Positions 1-11,900 of a stretch of DNA of 64,000 nucleotides are shown piece by piece. Positions within the stretch are counted from its first letter, which is position 1; each line of letters opens with the position of its first letter. The translations under genes and the position numbers were made by a program. This DNA comes from Dudresnaya verticillata (taxonomy: Eukaryota), in the NCBI GenBank assembly GCA_977862235.1, contig OZ374558.1:2294001-2358000 (forward strand), in the 5' to 3' direction. The notes below the pieces were generated by a model that was not told where the DNA came from, ran no database searches, and saw only the letters and a program-made list of their open reading frames with translations.

Positions 1-951
1 TCGCACCCGAAAGCGAGGTTACATCCCCCACATGCAAGAAGAACTCTCCGCGAAGGTTCACGCTCGTTTGGTGGATAATTACTGGCCGTCCATCCGTTCG
101 AATGAGAGAAACGATCGTGTGAAAAGGGCCCGACTTCTCTCCTGCGGTAGTTTGGAATCTCGAATGGCCTTTACCGTATTCCCCGATCCACGGCGAGGCA
201 CCTCTGTGTGACCTGCTATATGGGCTACCATGATCGACTTGCGTTTGGGCCCACCTGTATTTGCGCCCGATCTCCCTTGTTCTGCGTGTCTATCCGTTTC
301 TGGTCGCGTGGTTTCCCTTGACCGTTTGGGGTATCATGCTTCGACATGTCCCTGTGCCCATGGGTCCACTCGTCGTCACAATTCTATTAGGGATCTCCTT
401 TTTTCTCGTCTCCGTCACCCGTCTATCGGGCTTTCTGTCACGGTAGAGCAGTCCTTTCATCTACAGGACGATCTTCGACGATTGGACTTGGTGTTGGATG
501 ATCCCGCCTTTTCTGATTCATGCATTGGTTATGACCTTACTATTGTGACTCCCTCTACTGCTCGTGCTGTATCCAAGGCATCTGAAATTCCTGCAGGGGC
601 CGCCCAAGCCGCTGAACGGGACAAGCATCGCAAGTATCGCACTGCTTGTGCAGCACATTGTATTACGTTTCAGCCGCTGGGATTCGACATTCAAGGAGGC
701 ATTGGTCCCGAATGCCGTAACGCACTTAAAAAGCTCGCTACTTTCCTGGCCACGCGCCGGGGAACAAATCCTACTACTGAATACCATTCGTTAGTTTCAC
801 CACTGGTATCCCGCATTCTCCAGCTCACCGCCCTCGTCGTGAATCGTCGACGTCCCGTTAGTCCAGGCCTTCCAGCAATCATCAGCGGCTAAGTCATTAG
901 GGTTTCCGCTGTTCGTCTTGCTTCAATAAAGTTGTGATGATGATGATGATG
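1..951 (+). mobile_element. 3' end of a CRE-like (RLE-type) non-LTR retrotransposon, continues off the left edge
   Basis: ORF 230-892 has a zinc knuckle (CSAC...HASTC) and restriction-like endonuclease motifs (RHNSIRD, RRLDL, YDLTIV, ERDKHRKY). AATAAA at 925-930 is followed by a (GAT)n tail at 935-951. Closely matches the reverse complement of 24558-25500. In-frame TGA at 209-211. Confidence 0.9.
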
Positions 952-954
952 CTA

Positions 955-1960
955 TGATCATGATCGGGTACGTGGTCAATGCAGGAACCAGTCTCATAAA
1001 GACCATAAAGAGAGGAGGGAGGCGAATGATACAGCCGTTCGTCACACATCGGATGACGTGTGGTAGGAATTCTGAATGCACCTGGACGATTGTCCTCATC
1101 GTCACGTGGCTACAGATGAGATATGGAATTTTGATGCTCTGGGAAACGATGGTCGCTGTCCTCACGAGAGGGACTGCGTGTTCTCTAACCCCAACGTCGA
1201 CCAGAGAGACATTTCGCTTGGCGCTGTGGGGAGCCACTAAAAAGCGATCTCGATGACTCTAAATAACGGTTACAGGAGCCCTCAGGCTTCTGTTTACACT
1301 CCAGACTACTTGCTTCCGAGCCTCGACGTCCATCACGATGAAGAAAATATTCGGGATGTGGTAGTGGACTATTCCCCGGTCTCCGATACTCCTTCTTACG
1401 ATAGTATCGGCCTTCAGGCATCGGAATACGTCTGTTCGAGACATGACATCCACGACAGCGGCCTTCCTCGTCGTATTGCGCTGAAAATCTATCCCTCCGT
1501 TTGGCAGAGCTTGGTTGAATGTGGTAGGGACCTTCACATGTTGGGCTGCCTGCGCTCGAGCCTCAATGTCTACCATTTTAAGAAGAGTCGTAGCGGTGTC
1601 GTGACGGACTATCCTTCGGTCTCCATGACTCTGGACAACTATAGTTGCGGTCTTCACGCGTCGGAATATGCCTATTCGAGAAATAGCGTCCACGATGGCG
1701 ATCTTCCTCTTCGTGGTACGGTAAAGGTCTACCCCTCCACCTGCCAGAGCTTGACGGAACGTGGTAGGGGCCTTCACGTTTTGAAGTGCCTTTGCTTGTG
1801 CCTCGATGCCTTCCACTTTGAGAAGAGTCACCGTGGTGTATTTGAAGAGTAGCCTTCGATCTCCACGACTCTTGCCTACTATCGTCGTTGCCTGTAGGAG
1901 TTGGGCACTCATTAGGGCCATGATATAGACCTTGATGACAGTCACCGTCCCGGTGCGATG
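955..1960 (-). pseudogene. Distal part of a decayed Arg/Ser/Asp-rich repeat gene, probably the continuation of the RRM gene at 19230-21379
   Basis: The minus frame (ORFs 1578-2027 and 1185-1421, with stops between) gives R/S/D/H-rich units such as NRHIPTREDRNYSCPESWRPKDSP...GRHRGS. These resemble NGRLTPIGAHRYPQKDYWRLGEHLSP...GRSRDS in ORF 19190-19675. Confidence 0.55.
1315..1895. repeat. Degenerate tandem repeat, 240-bp period, ~2.4 copies
   Basis: Equivalent positions at 1367 (GACTATTCCCCGGTCTCC), 1607 (GACTATCCTTCGGTCTCC) and 1847 (GAGTAGCCTTCGATCTCC). The period is a multiple of 3 (80 codons). Confidence 0.85.
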
Positions 1961-2105
1961 ATGAAAAGGAAATGACTACTTTTATTGTTGCAGAAGAAGA
2001 GTAGTCGAATGCAATGACTAACAACAAACAGCAAGAATGCTCAACAGAAATGATGGAAACGAAGGAAGGACTTGAAGTCGAGAAAGATGAAGGGTGGGTG
2101 GGCGG

Positions 2106-2386
2106 GAGAACGAAGGAAAGAACTTAGGGGAGACAAAGGGGTTGTCTAAGCTGGAATGTAGTGCTTATATCCCCTCTGGAGCCTCTAAATTTGGTAACAC
2201 CATATGGTTCAGCCCCAAACAGTGAAGTGCCAAATATAGTGCTAAAAGTTGCACAGGCCCGTATAAATCCCTTTCGGGTAGATGTTGTATCGGGTTGTTG
2301 CTGCTTCAGGACGCTCGGCAGGGCTCGCTATCCCCAGTAAGGCCTTTTCACCAGTGTAGAAGTATCGAGACACAAACTGAAAATCC
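2106..2386. repeat. Downstream direct terminal repeat of the DIRS-type element
   Basis: GAGAACGAAGGAAAG...CACAAACTGAAAATCC matches 18955-19229 in the same orientation. About 13 substitutions and 2 indels counted by eye. Confidence 0.92.
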
Positions 2387-2407
2387 AAAACCGTAACGAA
2401 GTGCAGC

Positions 2408-3685
2408 TTATTGAGGGGGCGGGATCCGCGGACCGGATGAGTCCAAGAGAGACCAGAAATAGTGACCCATTTCCGTTGACAGGTGAAGCCTTGAATCATA
2501 ATAGACGTTGACGACCATATGGCTGTTGCGCTACCCTCCTCTCTGCGTGATGCGGTCTAATGGAACATTGAGTAATACAAGAGCGGTGACGCAGCCGCTT
2601 CGTAAGCTGTGCGATGAGTAAGAGGCGAATGGCGGAGGAATGACTTACAAGGCGCCGAGACAGGCCTGAAGTGCAGTAGTGACAAGCTGCGGCCGTAGTT
2701 GAGTATGTGCGAAGGTCCAATAGAGTTCTTCCAGGCTGCTGCGTGCCGTTCGGCGTTGGAAATAGCGCCACTGTAGTGCCAATGGATTACGGACGGAGAA
2801 CCGGAGAGGCCGATGCCGACACGTGAGGTCACACGCCCCGACACCACATACGAGGCGTCCCTTGAGAGAGCGTGGGCGCGCAGAGAGCATCAGAAAGCCA
2901 ATATTGCCGCAGGAACTGGAGATGGAGCGCATCGAAACGTCCTGTATCTGAACAGTGCGGACGGTATTCTCTTGCCATGCCATCACATACTGAAACTCAG
3001 TAAGCGCAGCATAGTACTCGATAAGAGATCCTTCAGTTGCTCGCAGGCCCAAGGTACGAATCTGAGCCACGATGGAAGCAGGAATAGCCGACCGAACGTC
3101 TTGCAATCCACCGAGTTGATCGTCCTGGTGTCTAAAGGCCCGTATGAGGTCCGTTTGATGGTTTCCAGAGAAGGGGTCATCAAGACCTTCGCGGAGATGT
3201 CGAGTGCGGACGGCCGAAATGTAATGATCGACAGAGCGGCCGTGTACTCGATCTTCCTCGAACCAGAACCCAATGTAGGCAAGAGCAGTTCCTTGTGCGG
3301 CGGTAGGTGCACTGTGGCCGTTTCGTTCGCAGTAGCTGGCGAACTTGTTCCACTGACTTGTCTTAGAACGATTTGTAGTTTCTGAAATGCAGTGTCTTGC
3401 AAGCCTTAGGGTCGCCCGCCCGGATGAAGTCGCAGGGATGACAGAGGCAATACGGTGCTGCAGTGCCTGTCCGGTGGTTTCCATACTTCGGCCAAGAGAA
3501 GAGCCTAGGCGGGGTTCGCGCTTGGTGAGGTGAAGAGGGGCGCCTCCGCGCCTGGAGCGATGAATCGTTCGTTTCGCGAGAGCCTCCTCAAGGTTCCGAA
3601 CCATGGCTCTCCGGTCCAATACGGCACCACGATGACGCCATGGACCCCCTCGTTCTCGATCTTGCATAGCGTGGCCCAGATCCAC
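2408..3685 (-). pseudogene. Tyrosine recombinase (YR) of the DIRS-type element, with two premature stops
   Basis: ORF 2645-3685 has an integrase N-terminal-like segment (QWNKFASYC...YISAVRTRH). Reading through TAA at 2645 gives VIPPPFASYSSHSLRSGCVTALVLLNVPLDRITQRGG*RNSHMVVNVYYD. This contains HxLR (2600-2611), G[W>stop] (2531-2533) and the catalytic-Tyr region. True stop at 2408. Confidence 0.85.
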
Positions 3686-5301
3686 TAGGGCGGGGATTCC
3701 ACAGCCGACTGCGTCCGTCGCCTCAATGCTCGTCGAACTGTGTCATTATTACTCGACGGCGGGCGGCAGGAGCCTCGCCCAAGGGCCAAAAGCGCCGCAC
3801 GGTTTGCAGTTGTAGTGAAGTGGCGACGGATTCCAGCAACCATTTCGTCGCTGCTAGGTCTCTGGGATTCCAGGTTCTGCTCAGTGTGTCGGCGTGCTTG
3901 TTGAGAGCCGACAGTAACCAACTGGCCCGGATTGTCACCTTCATCGTGATCAGGACTTGGTGTAGACGACGGAGCTCCTGCATCAGCTCTTTGCTCGCTG
4001 ACACCATATTGGATAGGATATGGAAAACTCCCATATTGTCTACGTGCAAGAGGAGGATCGAGTGATCCCCAGAGAGACGCGCCTGAATCAGAGAGTCCTC
4101 CAACGCCAGACGGACTGCAACTAGCTCGCGGAGGGTGATGGACCGTAGGCGCAAAAAAGGTGCCCACATACCTTGCACGGAGAGTTCGCCGGGTGCACCG
4201 GCCTCCATGTCTCGACCCAAGGTGCCTCCATATCCGACGTCTGCGGCATCCGTATGGAGGCACCACGATGGCTTTCCACCGCCAATGAGTCGCCCATCGC
4301 CCTGCAGCATAGTCTTCCACGTTTGGAGGTCCCTCCTCCCGGCGTGGGATAACTTGACGGTCTTCTCGGGGTTTCTACCTCGCCGCGGGGCATCCCCTTT
4401 GAGAGCGTCGTACAGACGTCTTGTAAAAACCCGGGCTAAGGGAAGAGTAATCAGCTGGGAGACCGCGCGACCGCAGAAGCTTGATAAGAGAGACTCCCGT
4501 ACCCAGCGACTGCGCTGACGGGCCGTACGCAAAAGGACAGAAGCCAGCTCGTGTAGCGTTTCCAGTTTCGAAGGCGTCACGAAGTATCGAAACTGTACGG
4601 TATCTATGATGAAGCCCAGGTGCTCTAGTTTTGTAGCCCCTGTTCCCCAGATGCCTTTGTCCGGGTGCTGTACCAAACCGAGGGATCCAAAAAGTACGTC
4701 CAAGTCCCTGGAAACTTGGCGAAACTCCTTTGCGGTACTGGGTCTGCTTCCATCCCCAGTGTCTGCTTCCATCCCCAGGAGCCAAAAGATAATCGTCTAG
4801 CCAGACAAGCACTCTCAGGCCCAAGGAGCGCCGTAGGTAGCGAGTGAGAGGGCTGAGAACTTTGACGAACCAGAATGGCGAAGCGGTCCATCCAAACGGC
4901 AAGGCTATACAGCGGTATTATTTTCCATTGTAGCGGAAAAGGAACCAATCCCACATGCGCGAGTGGAGGGCTATATGCCGATAACCACAGGTCTAGTCGA
5001 AGGACAACAAACGGTCCCCTTTGCACAGACAGGCTCCAAAGGCTGAAAGGGTTTCCATCTTGACCGATTTCTTGTCCCAGTGCTCGCTCTGTTCCTTCAG
5101 GTTTATTATAAACCTTGGTTTGCCGTTCTGCCATGTCAAAAATGCACTTGAGACGAGGGCCCTGCGACGGGTACAACTTTGTGCATGTTCGGCACTGACC
5201 TGCTGGTAAGTACCAACACAGCAACCCTCTCCCAGCTCCTTTCTTGCAAACGAAAGGTCTTCCGGTGGCTGGGGGATCTCGGGAAGAATCCGCCCATGCA
5301 A
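3560..5301 (-). pseudogene. DIRS-type pol: reverse transcriptase, RNase H and degenerate adenine-methyltransferase-like domain
   Basis: RT motifs KPRFIINLK, LLSFD, LPFGWTASPFWF, VWLDDYLL and LEHLGFIID. RNase H motifs LHTDAADVGYG, ITLRELVAV, HVDNM and NKHADTLSR. Then W-N-P-(frameshift)-P-*-WIWATLCKIE...VIVVPYWTGEPWF. Broken by stops and a 19-bp duplication near 4742-4777. Confidence 0.85.
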
Positions 5302-5456
5302 AAATGGTCGCTGAGGAGGGTCCCATACTCCGAACTGTAGAGTTCGGATGATGAAGGGGGTCGCGCCGATCCGTTCTCAGTTCTGCGCATTTCGTCGTGT
5401 GCCGGCCCACCGAGCTCGGCGCCAGATGGACGGCATGGAGTGGTGATCGAGGACCA

Positions 5457-5562
5457 TTACTCCTTTGTGCCTGGCTTTTTGCTACCGTTAGTAGCATCCT
5501 TGGCCAGACACTTAGCAGTTCCGATGATATATTTGGCAGAAAGCTCTTCATATACATCTGAT
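5457..5562 (-). pseudogene. C-terminal fragment of the DIRS gag-like ORF, separated from the rest by the Gypsy insertion
   Basis: Removing the Gypsy and one TSD copy rejoins ...GCC TAA TCG GAT GTA TAT GAA GAG, which reads VPSDA*SDVYEELSAKYIIGTAKCLAKDATNGSKKPGTKE in one frame. Confidence 0.65.
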
Positions 5563-6410
5563 TGTGGTATAGACGCTATTCGTGAAATGACTCCGTGGTC
5601 TGCGTGAAAATAATCGAGAAATACGAATTTCGAAGTGACTTCGTGAATGCGCACGCCACGATGGCGAACGTATTACAGAGCGCATATTGTGCGCGCGCCA
5701 CGATGGAATACGCATTACAGCACGCACGTGATACGAAATCGCTGACACCTCCGGATGAATCCCGATCCGACTTCGTGATCGCACGCGCCACGATGGCATT
5801 CGCATTACAGCGCGCACCCGATACGAAATCGCTGACACCTTCGTGACTTTCCCGTTGTTTCCCGCGCGTAACGGCACCGGGTCCCAGGCCCACGAGACAC
5901 GCGCACCTCCGTATGCATCGCTGGCGCACTTCGCAACCGCCACCATACGTGAGGCGACCGTTCGTTGGAACCGAGGCCGTTACGAATCATTCTAGTACGA
6001 ACCGTCTCCCGGGTTGACGCGCATTCGTGCTCACGTAGTACTACTTAGCCAGTCGTCTGGCACAACCTCCGAGGGTTTCCGGTAAGCGACTAGCGCTCGG
6101 ACCTCGGAGTCTTCGGTAAACGCCTGTTTCTTCGCGTTCGGTGTCTCGTATTTGTGACCGCGGATACAGTCGAGCCTCGCTTTCGATAGCCCCGCGCACC
6201 CGGAGTCATCCCCGGTGATCGATCGCTCGAGTTCTCCCTTCCGCACACGAATACGTTGACATCGTGGTCCTTCGTGTTGGTCGCTCCGCTCTACCACGAT
6301 ACCACCCCTTTTCGTTTCTCCGCTAGGCTACGAGGCCATTCGTTAGGCTCCGAGGCCATTCCTTACAGTGCGAGACTTCCCCGCGTCACCGTGGACTTCG
6401 TTATACCACA
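5563..6410 (+). repeat. 5' LTR
   Basis: TG...CA with a 9-bp terminal inverted repeat. About 16 substitutions and 2 indels against the 3' LTR by eye. Internal sub-repeats (GCCACGATGG...ATTACAG, three copies) at 5650-5820. Confidence 0.97.
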
Positions 6411-6411
6411 C

Positions 6412-6424
6412 TGGTCTCCCGACC
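6412..6424 (+). promoter_or_regulatory. Primer-binding site, possibly for tRNA-Tyr
   Basis: TGGTCTCCCGACC starts 1 nt after the LTR. Its complement ends ...CGGGAG-A-CCA (G72, A73), which fits eukaryotic tRNA-Tyr acceptor identity elements. Confidence 0.65.
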
Positions 6425-6732
6425 TCGAACGTGGTCCCGAAGTTTCGCATTTATTCGTAATTCGTTTCTATTCGAGACACGATTTCTCACGCTCCGAGTC
6501 GTCCCGATTCGCCGGTACCGAAACCCGATGACGTACCGATTCCGGAGCTCCCGTTGTTCGACTCGAACGCGAGTGACCGAGAACCGTTTTCTCGCAGTCG
6601 CGCTTCACGAATAACGGTACCCGATCTTCGCACAGACTCGCGTTCGCAGGCTCACGGTAGCCAGTCCGACCTTTCGTATACGTACACTCGTTGGAAATCG
6701 TTCCCTCGGATACCGTCGATCGACGCTTCTCG

Positions 6733-8928
6733 ATGAAGGAAGTCTCCGGTTCAGAACTACGTTTACTCTACGAAGAGGTCATCGATGCGCTTTCTACCGC
6801 CTACCGTATCACGCAGCTTTCGATTCGTAATACGCACAATCGAGTTCACGAAGAGTTCAACAATCTCCGCGCTGGCAAGGTCCGTAGGATCGAAGACTCA
6901 CTCGAGAGTCTCCGGGATCTCGTCTCGGGGAGTCAGCAATCGGTTTCTCGTGCTCGAGCGCAACGTATCCGCCCCCGTGGGCAAGGCGAGTCACTCGCTT
7001 CCCGTTCGCAGCTCGCACGCATTCTCCGAGGAACAGTTGAACGCTATTCGTGACATCGTGTCCGCAGCGTTACCGAAGTCTCGAAGTCGCGAAGGTCATC
7101 CCGAAGCCCGTCCTGACCCCCACAATTCGCCGCTAGTTCAACCCGTGCAAGGCCCGGGTGCCCAATCTACGTTACCGAAAAACACGTATCCGAATCCGTC
7201 CCCGCACCCTTTATCGCATCAGGCAACCGATGCCTCCGACAACCCCGTATCAACCCCTCAGTATTCCGAGATTCGCTTCAACCACCGATATCCCCCGGAG
7301 GACCCGTAATCGAAAATCCGTTAGCGCTCGCGGGACCCGTGTCATCGTTCTGGCACTGGGGACCGCTCGAGTCGGGCGTCGAACCGATACCGACGCTCAT
7401 TCGCGAATTCGCGCGGGCCGTAAGCTATCGATCGTATCGACTCACGAATTCGTCACCTCGGGATAATCAACACGAAGTATTCCGAGGTAACACGTCGAAA
7501 ACCGTTTCACGCATGCATTCGATGATGCCGAGACTCGAGAAGTTTACGGGACGCGACCCGATTAAGGTTCTCGCATTTCTTCGTGATATTCGACAAGCGC
7601 TGAACGGAGTTGGGCTCACCGAAGGAGCAGCAGTTCGTACGATTTCGTGGTTTCTCGATGACACCGCGCTCAAGATGTATCAACACTATGCCTTCGGAGG
7701 CGTTCGTACGGGCAACCCGGTTTGCTGGTCCGCGATCGTGAACGGGTTACTACAACGATTTCTCACGGAAGACGTAATCGCAGACGCACACGATCGCGTG
7801 ATAACCGCGAAGCAGAAGTCCGATGAAACCGAGATGGAGTTCGTGACTCGTTTGAAAGGCTACGCGGATGTCTGCTCCGGTGTCTACGATGACTCTTCGT
7901 TAACGCACCAGTTTATTCGTGGATTACTATCTACTACGTATCCTATCGTGGCCGACCAGGTTCGCCGTTTACCGTTGTCCGAGCAAAAGAACTTCATGAG
8001 CGTACAACGAATCGCGCAAGCCGAAGGTACGACATTCCGAGCTCGCGAACTACGTGACACCGCGGCCCAACAGTCGCGTGATTCGAAGAACCGAGTGTCT
8101 CCTACGTACCCGAAGAGTCGCCAAGCGCCCGGACGCACGATGCTTGTCGAAGCTTGCGACACTCCTGGGAGTGAATACGAGTACCCGATGAACGAAGATC
8201 CGCAAATGGCCGTGATGATGAGCCGTTCAGGAACCGGGTCCACATCCGCTACACCGACTACTTCGACAACGGTCTCCGTGGACGATACGTTAGATCTCAC
8301 GAGTCGCATCAAGCGTTTCGTACCCGCACGTGTCCCACCGATGACCCCGGAGCAAATCGAGATGGCGCGTTCGATACCGAAGAATCAAGATGCGTGGCCG
8401 TGTTGGTTCTGTCGCCAAATCGGTCACCTCATGTATTCGTGTCTGTATCTCACGAAGGAGCAACAACTCTATTGCGCGTACCAGAAATACTTGTACCAAC
8501 TCGAAACGAGACCGTATACGCGTAATAACTTCGTGAATCGCGGCGCATCAAGAGGGAATTCGTTCGCGTCCTTTGACAATCGAGGCCACCGTGGACAAGA
8601 CTCCCGAAGATCGCGTGACAATCACGTAAACCGAGATCTTCGTCAAGGCGATACGCGCTACCCCAGGGACCGAGCCCAGCGTCAAGTCAGCTTCGAGCGT
8701 CGAGGGCCGCCGACCGTCCTCCGCAATCCGAGACACGCGCAGGCCCCGGGCCGTCAACCGGTTCTCGCAGTCCGTGAAAACGTTGACGCGATTGAGCCGA
8801 GTCACCCGAACCTGCCCTCGGAGGCTTACGAAGACTCCGCGAACAACGGAAGAGGTGATCGATCAACCTCCCCATTGGACGCGGACGCTCGCAATTCGGA
8901 TTCTAGTTCGAGTTCGGAAAACGAGTAA
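6733..8928 (+). pseudogene. Gypsy gag (5' part disrupted, 7339-8928 open)
   Basis: Capsid-like motifs KFTGRDP and KQKSDETEMEFVTRL...QFIRGL, plus zinc knuckle CWFCRQIGHLMYSC. Upstream fragments 6733-7309 are separated by a frameshift and stops. Confidence 0.85.
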
Positions 8929-11900
8929 AGGCGAAGACGCCCGTTGTGTCACGTACTTCGTCTGAATCCGTTCCCCGAGACACTCCGCGTATTCCGATTC
9001 AGAGAGCCGCTGCGATGCGAAGGAAGCGCGCTGCACGACGACGAGACCGAAAGCGATGTCGAGTCCTCGCTAAAGACGCTTCGTGCGAAAACAATTCGAA
9101 GAAGATACCGATCTCGAAGATCGAACCCGAAGTTACCACCGAGGGATACGTTTGCCTGATGACTTCGGAGATCTTCCTCGTGACCGGATCCATTGGCTTC
9201 GATGCCTCCGTAATGACGCCGCATACGATTGCAGTCGATACGTGTTCCGGTTACAACCTAATAGCCCGGGCTGCGTTACCCACCGGTTGGGAAGCGAACG
9301 CGTCCACGATGGAATCAGCTCCGAGGCTCGTGTCCGCTGATCGCACCCCGTTGCGACTCGATGGTATCGTTTACCTGACAGTCCGCCTTGGGAACGTTCG
9401 ATACCGCGTACCCTTCGTGGTTGCGGAGAAACTCGCGGTCGACGTTCTCCTTGGAACTTCGTGGATGGACGCGCATTTACAAAGCATCGAGCTCAGCCCA
9501 CGGAGGCTCATCACGAAGAGTGGAAGCACGATTCCGATTATCAACCGCATTGCTGGATCGGCTCCACCCGCTACTAATTCGAAAAATCCGAAGCAGAAAT
9601 TCGAGAAAACGCTATCGAAGCGACACCAACATGAGCTCCACGATTGGGACCGAGATACCCGTACCATTCGTTTGAACCGCCGCGTCACCATACCGATTTA
9701 TTCGCAGAAGCTAGTCACCGTGACCTCGGAAGCACTCGGACTAATTCATATCGAACCGAAGCCTTCGTTACAACACCGACACGGAGTACGGTTAACGAAC
9801 GGGATACACGACGTCAGTCCGAATCGCGAGGTTTCGGTGTTGATGGCGAACTTCACGGATAAGCCTCGAGCCCTACCGAAGGGAACCGTCATCGGATACG
9901 CAGCTCGAAACCCGCTCGCGATTCTGACACCCAATTGCGAAGTCGCGCATTCGTTTGCCAAGGTGCTCAACATCTCTACGCTACGTGAGCACGACGACTC
10001 GAAGTCACCCGAAGACTCCGTATCCACGAAGGAAAAACCGCTCACGAAGGGCGCCGCGACGGCAGCAGCCGAAGCTAATTCTAGTTCCCGCGATTGGGAA
10101 GAACGCGTAGACCTTTCAAACATACCCGATGAAACTATGCGAAACGAGGTCCTCGAGAAGCTACGTAAGCACGAATCGATGTGGAAGGGAGACCTCGGAA
10201 AGATCGCAGCCACGGAGCATCGGATCGATCTGCAACCCGGGACTCGACCTATTCGTTCGATGCCCTACCGTGAAGGGCCCGCAATAAGTGAAATCGTGCG
10301 TAACGAAATCGACAGTATGCTCGAAGCCGGAGTAATCGAACCAGCCACCTCGGAGTGGGCGTCCCCCGTAGTCCTCGCACCGAAAAAATACGGAACACTT
10401 CGTTTTTGCGTAGATTACCGAAGACGCAATACGAAGACGCTATCCGACGCGTACCCACTTCCCCGGATGGAAGATTGTATCGATTCACTCGGAGACGATT
10501 CAATTTTCTCGACACTCGATTGTAACAGCGGGTACTGGCAGATTCCGGTTTCCCCAGAAGACCGCGATAAGACTACATTTACTTCGTTTCTCGGAACTTA
10601 TCGTTATCTTTGTATGCCCTTCGGATTGAAAAACGCGCCCGCTACGTTTCAACGCGCCCTCTACATCATTCTATCCGGAGTCCGTTTGCAGTGCTGTCTC
10701 GTTTACCTCGATGACGTGATCGTTTTCTCCACGAATCTTCGTGAACACATCGCGCATCTCGATCAAGTTCTCACGCTACTTCGTAACTCCGGGGTTTCGC
10801 TCAAGATGAAGAAGTGCTTCCTTTTCCGAAAGCGAGTCGACTATCTCGGACACGTAATTTCCCCGGGGAAGCTGAGTATGGCCGAGAACAGCTCCGCAGC
10901 ATTCCGTTACGCGAAGTTCCCGAAGACACTCACGCAAGTCCGTTCGTTCCTCGGCGCCTGTAACGTATACCGAAGATTCGTGAAAGACTTCGCGAAAATT
11001 GCGCGACCGTTGACGAACATGACGCGAAAGGACGCGGATCCCGACTACGAGAATCCCACGGAGGATCAGGTTAACGCCTTCGAAACGCTCAAACGGAAGC
11101 TCGTGTCACCGCCGATACTCCGGTTACCGCAACTCGGGAAACGTTACATTATCGAAACGGACGCGTCTGCGTATCAACTCGGATACGCGTTGCTACAGGA
11201 GCAAGATAACGAAGAATTCCAACCCGTGGGCTACTGGTCGTATTCGTTAAACGATGCAGAGAAGAACTACTCCGCAACCGAGCGCGAATGCTACGCAGTC
11301 GTATGGGCGGTTACTTCGTTGCATCCGTATATCGAAGGGACCCGGTTCATCGTGCGTACGGACCAAGATGCGCTCCGATGGCTTCTTTCTCTCACCGATT
11401 CGTCCGGGCGACTCACGCGATGGAGGCTTCGCTTAGCCGAATTCGACTTCGAAATCGTGTATCGCCCCGGTCGCGTCCACCAGATTCCCGATGCCCTCTC
11501 ACGATTGCTACTTCCGCATCGCGAACAACCCGCAATCGACGACGAAGTTCCTACGTTTGACTCGGATCAAATCGCAGCGAAGAACGAAGAACGTTTCCGC
11601 AACGACATCACGAAAACCATCGAAAACGAAAGAGACCCGGTTCTGATTACGACGCGATCCCGCAAACTTCAATCGAAGCCCACCGCGATTCGCCACGACT
11701 CTACGCGAAAGACTACACCCGCGAAACGCGTACATCGAGCAGGCAATACGCCATGACCCACGGAGGTCACCACGGGTTCCGAACCCCACAATCATACGTG
11801 CCACGAAGGCTGCGAACACGAACACGACGCAGAACTACGTGATGAATACACAGGACAAACAGATGTCTACGATGACTGCGACTTATGGGACGATATCGAT

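Noticed and set aside
1253..1945. ORFs 1253-1852 (+) and 1259-1945 (-) as real genes
   Set aside because: They are probably alternative frames of the 240-bp coding repeat. The frame resembling the RRM gene tail is a different minus frame.
4625..5557. 310-aa ORF as DIRS pol
   Set aside because: The RT motifs lie in other frames (4993-5301 and 4375-4902). This ORF has no recognisable motif.
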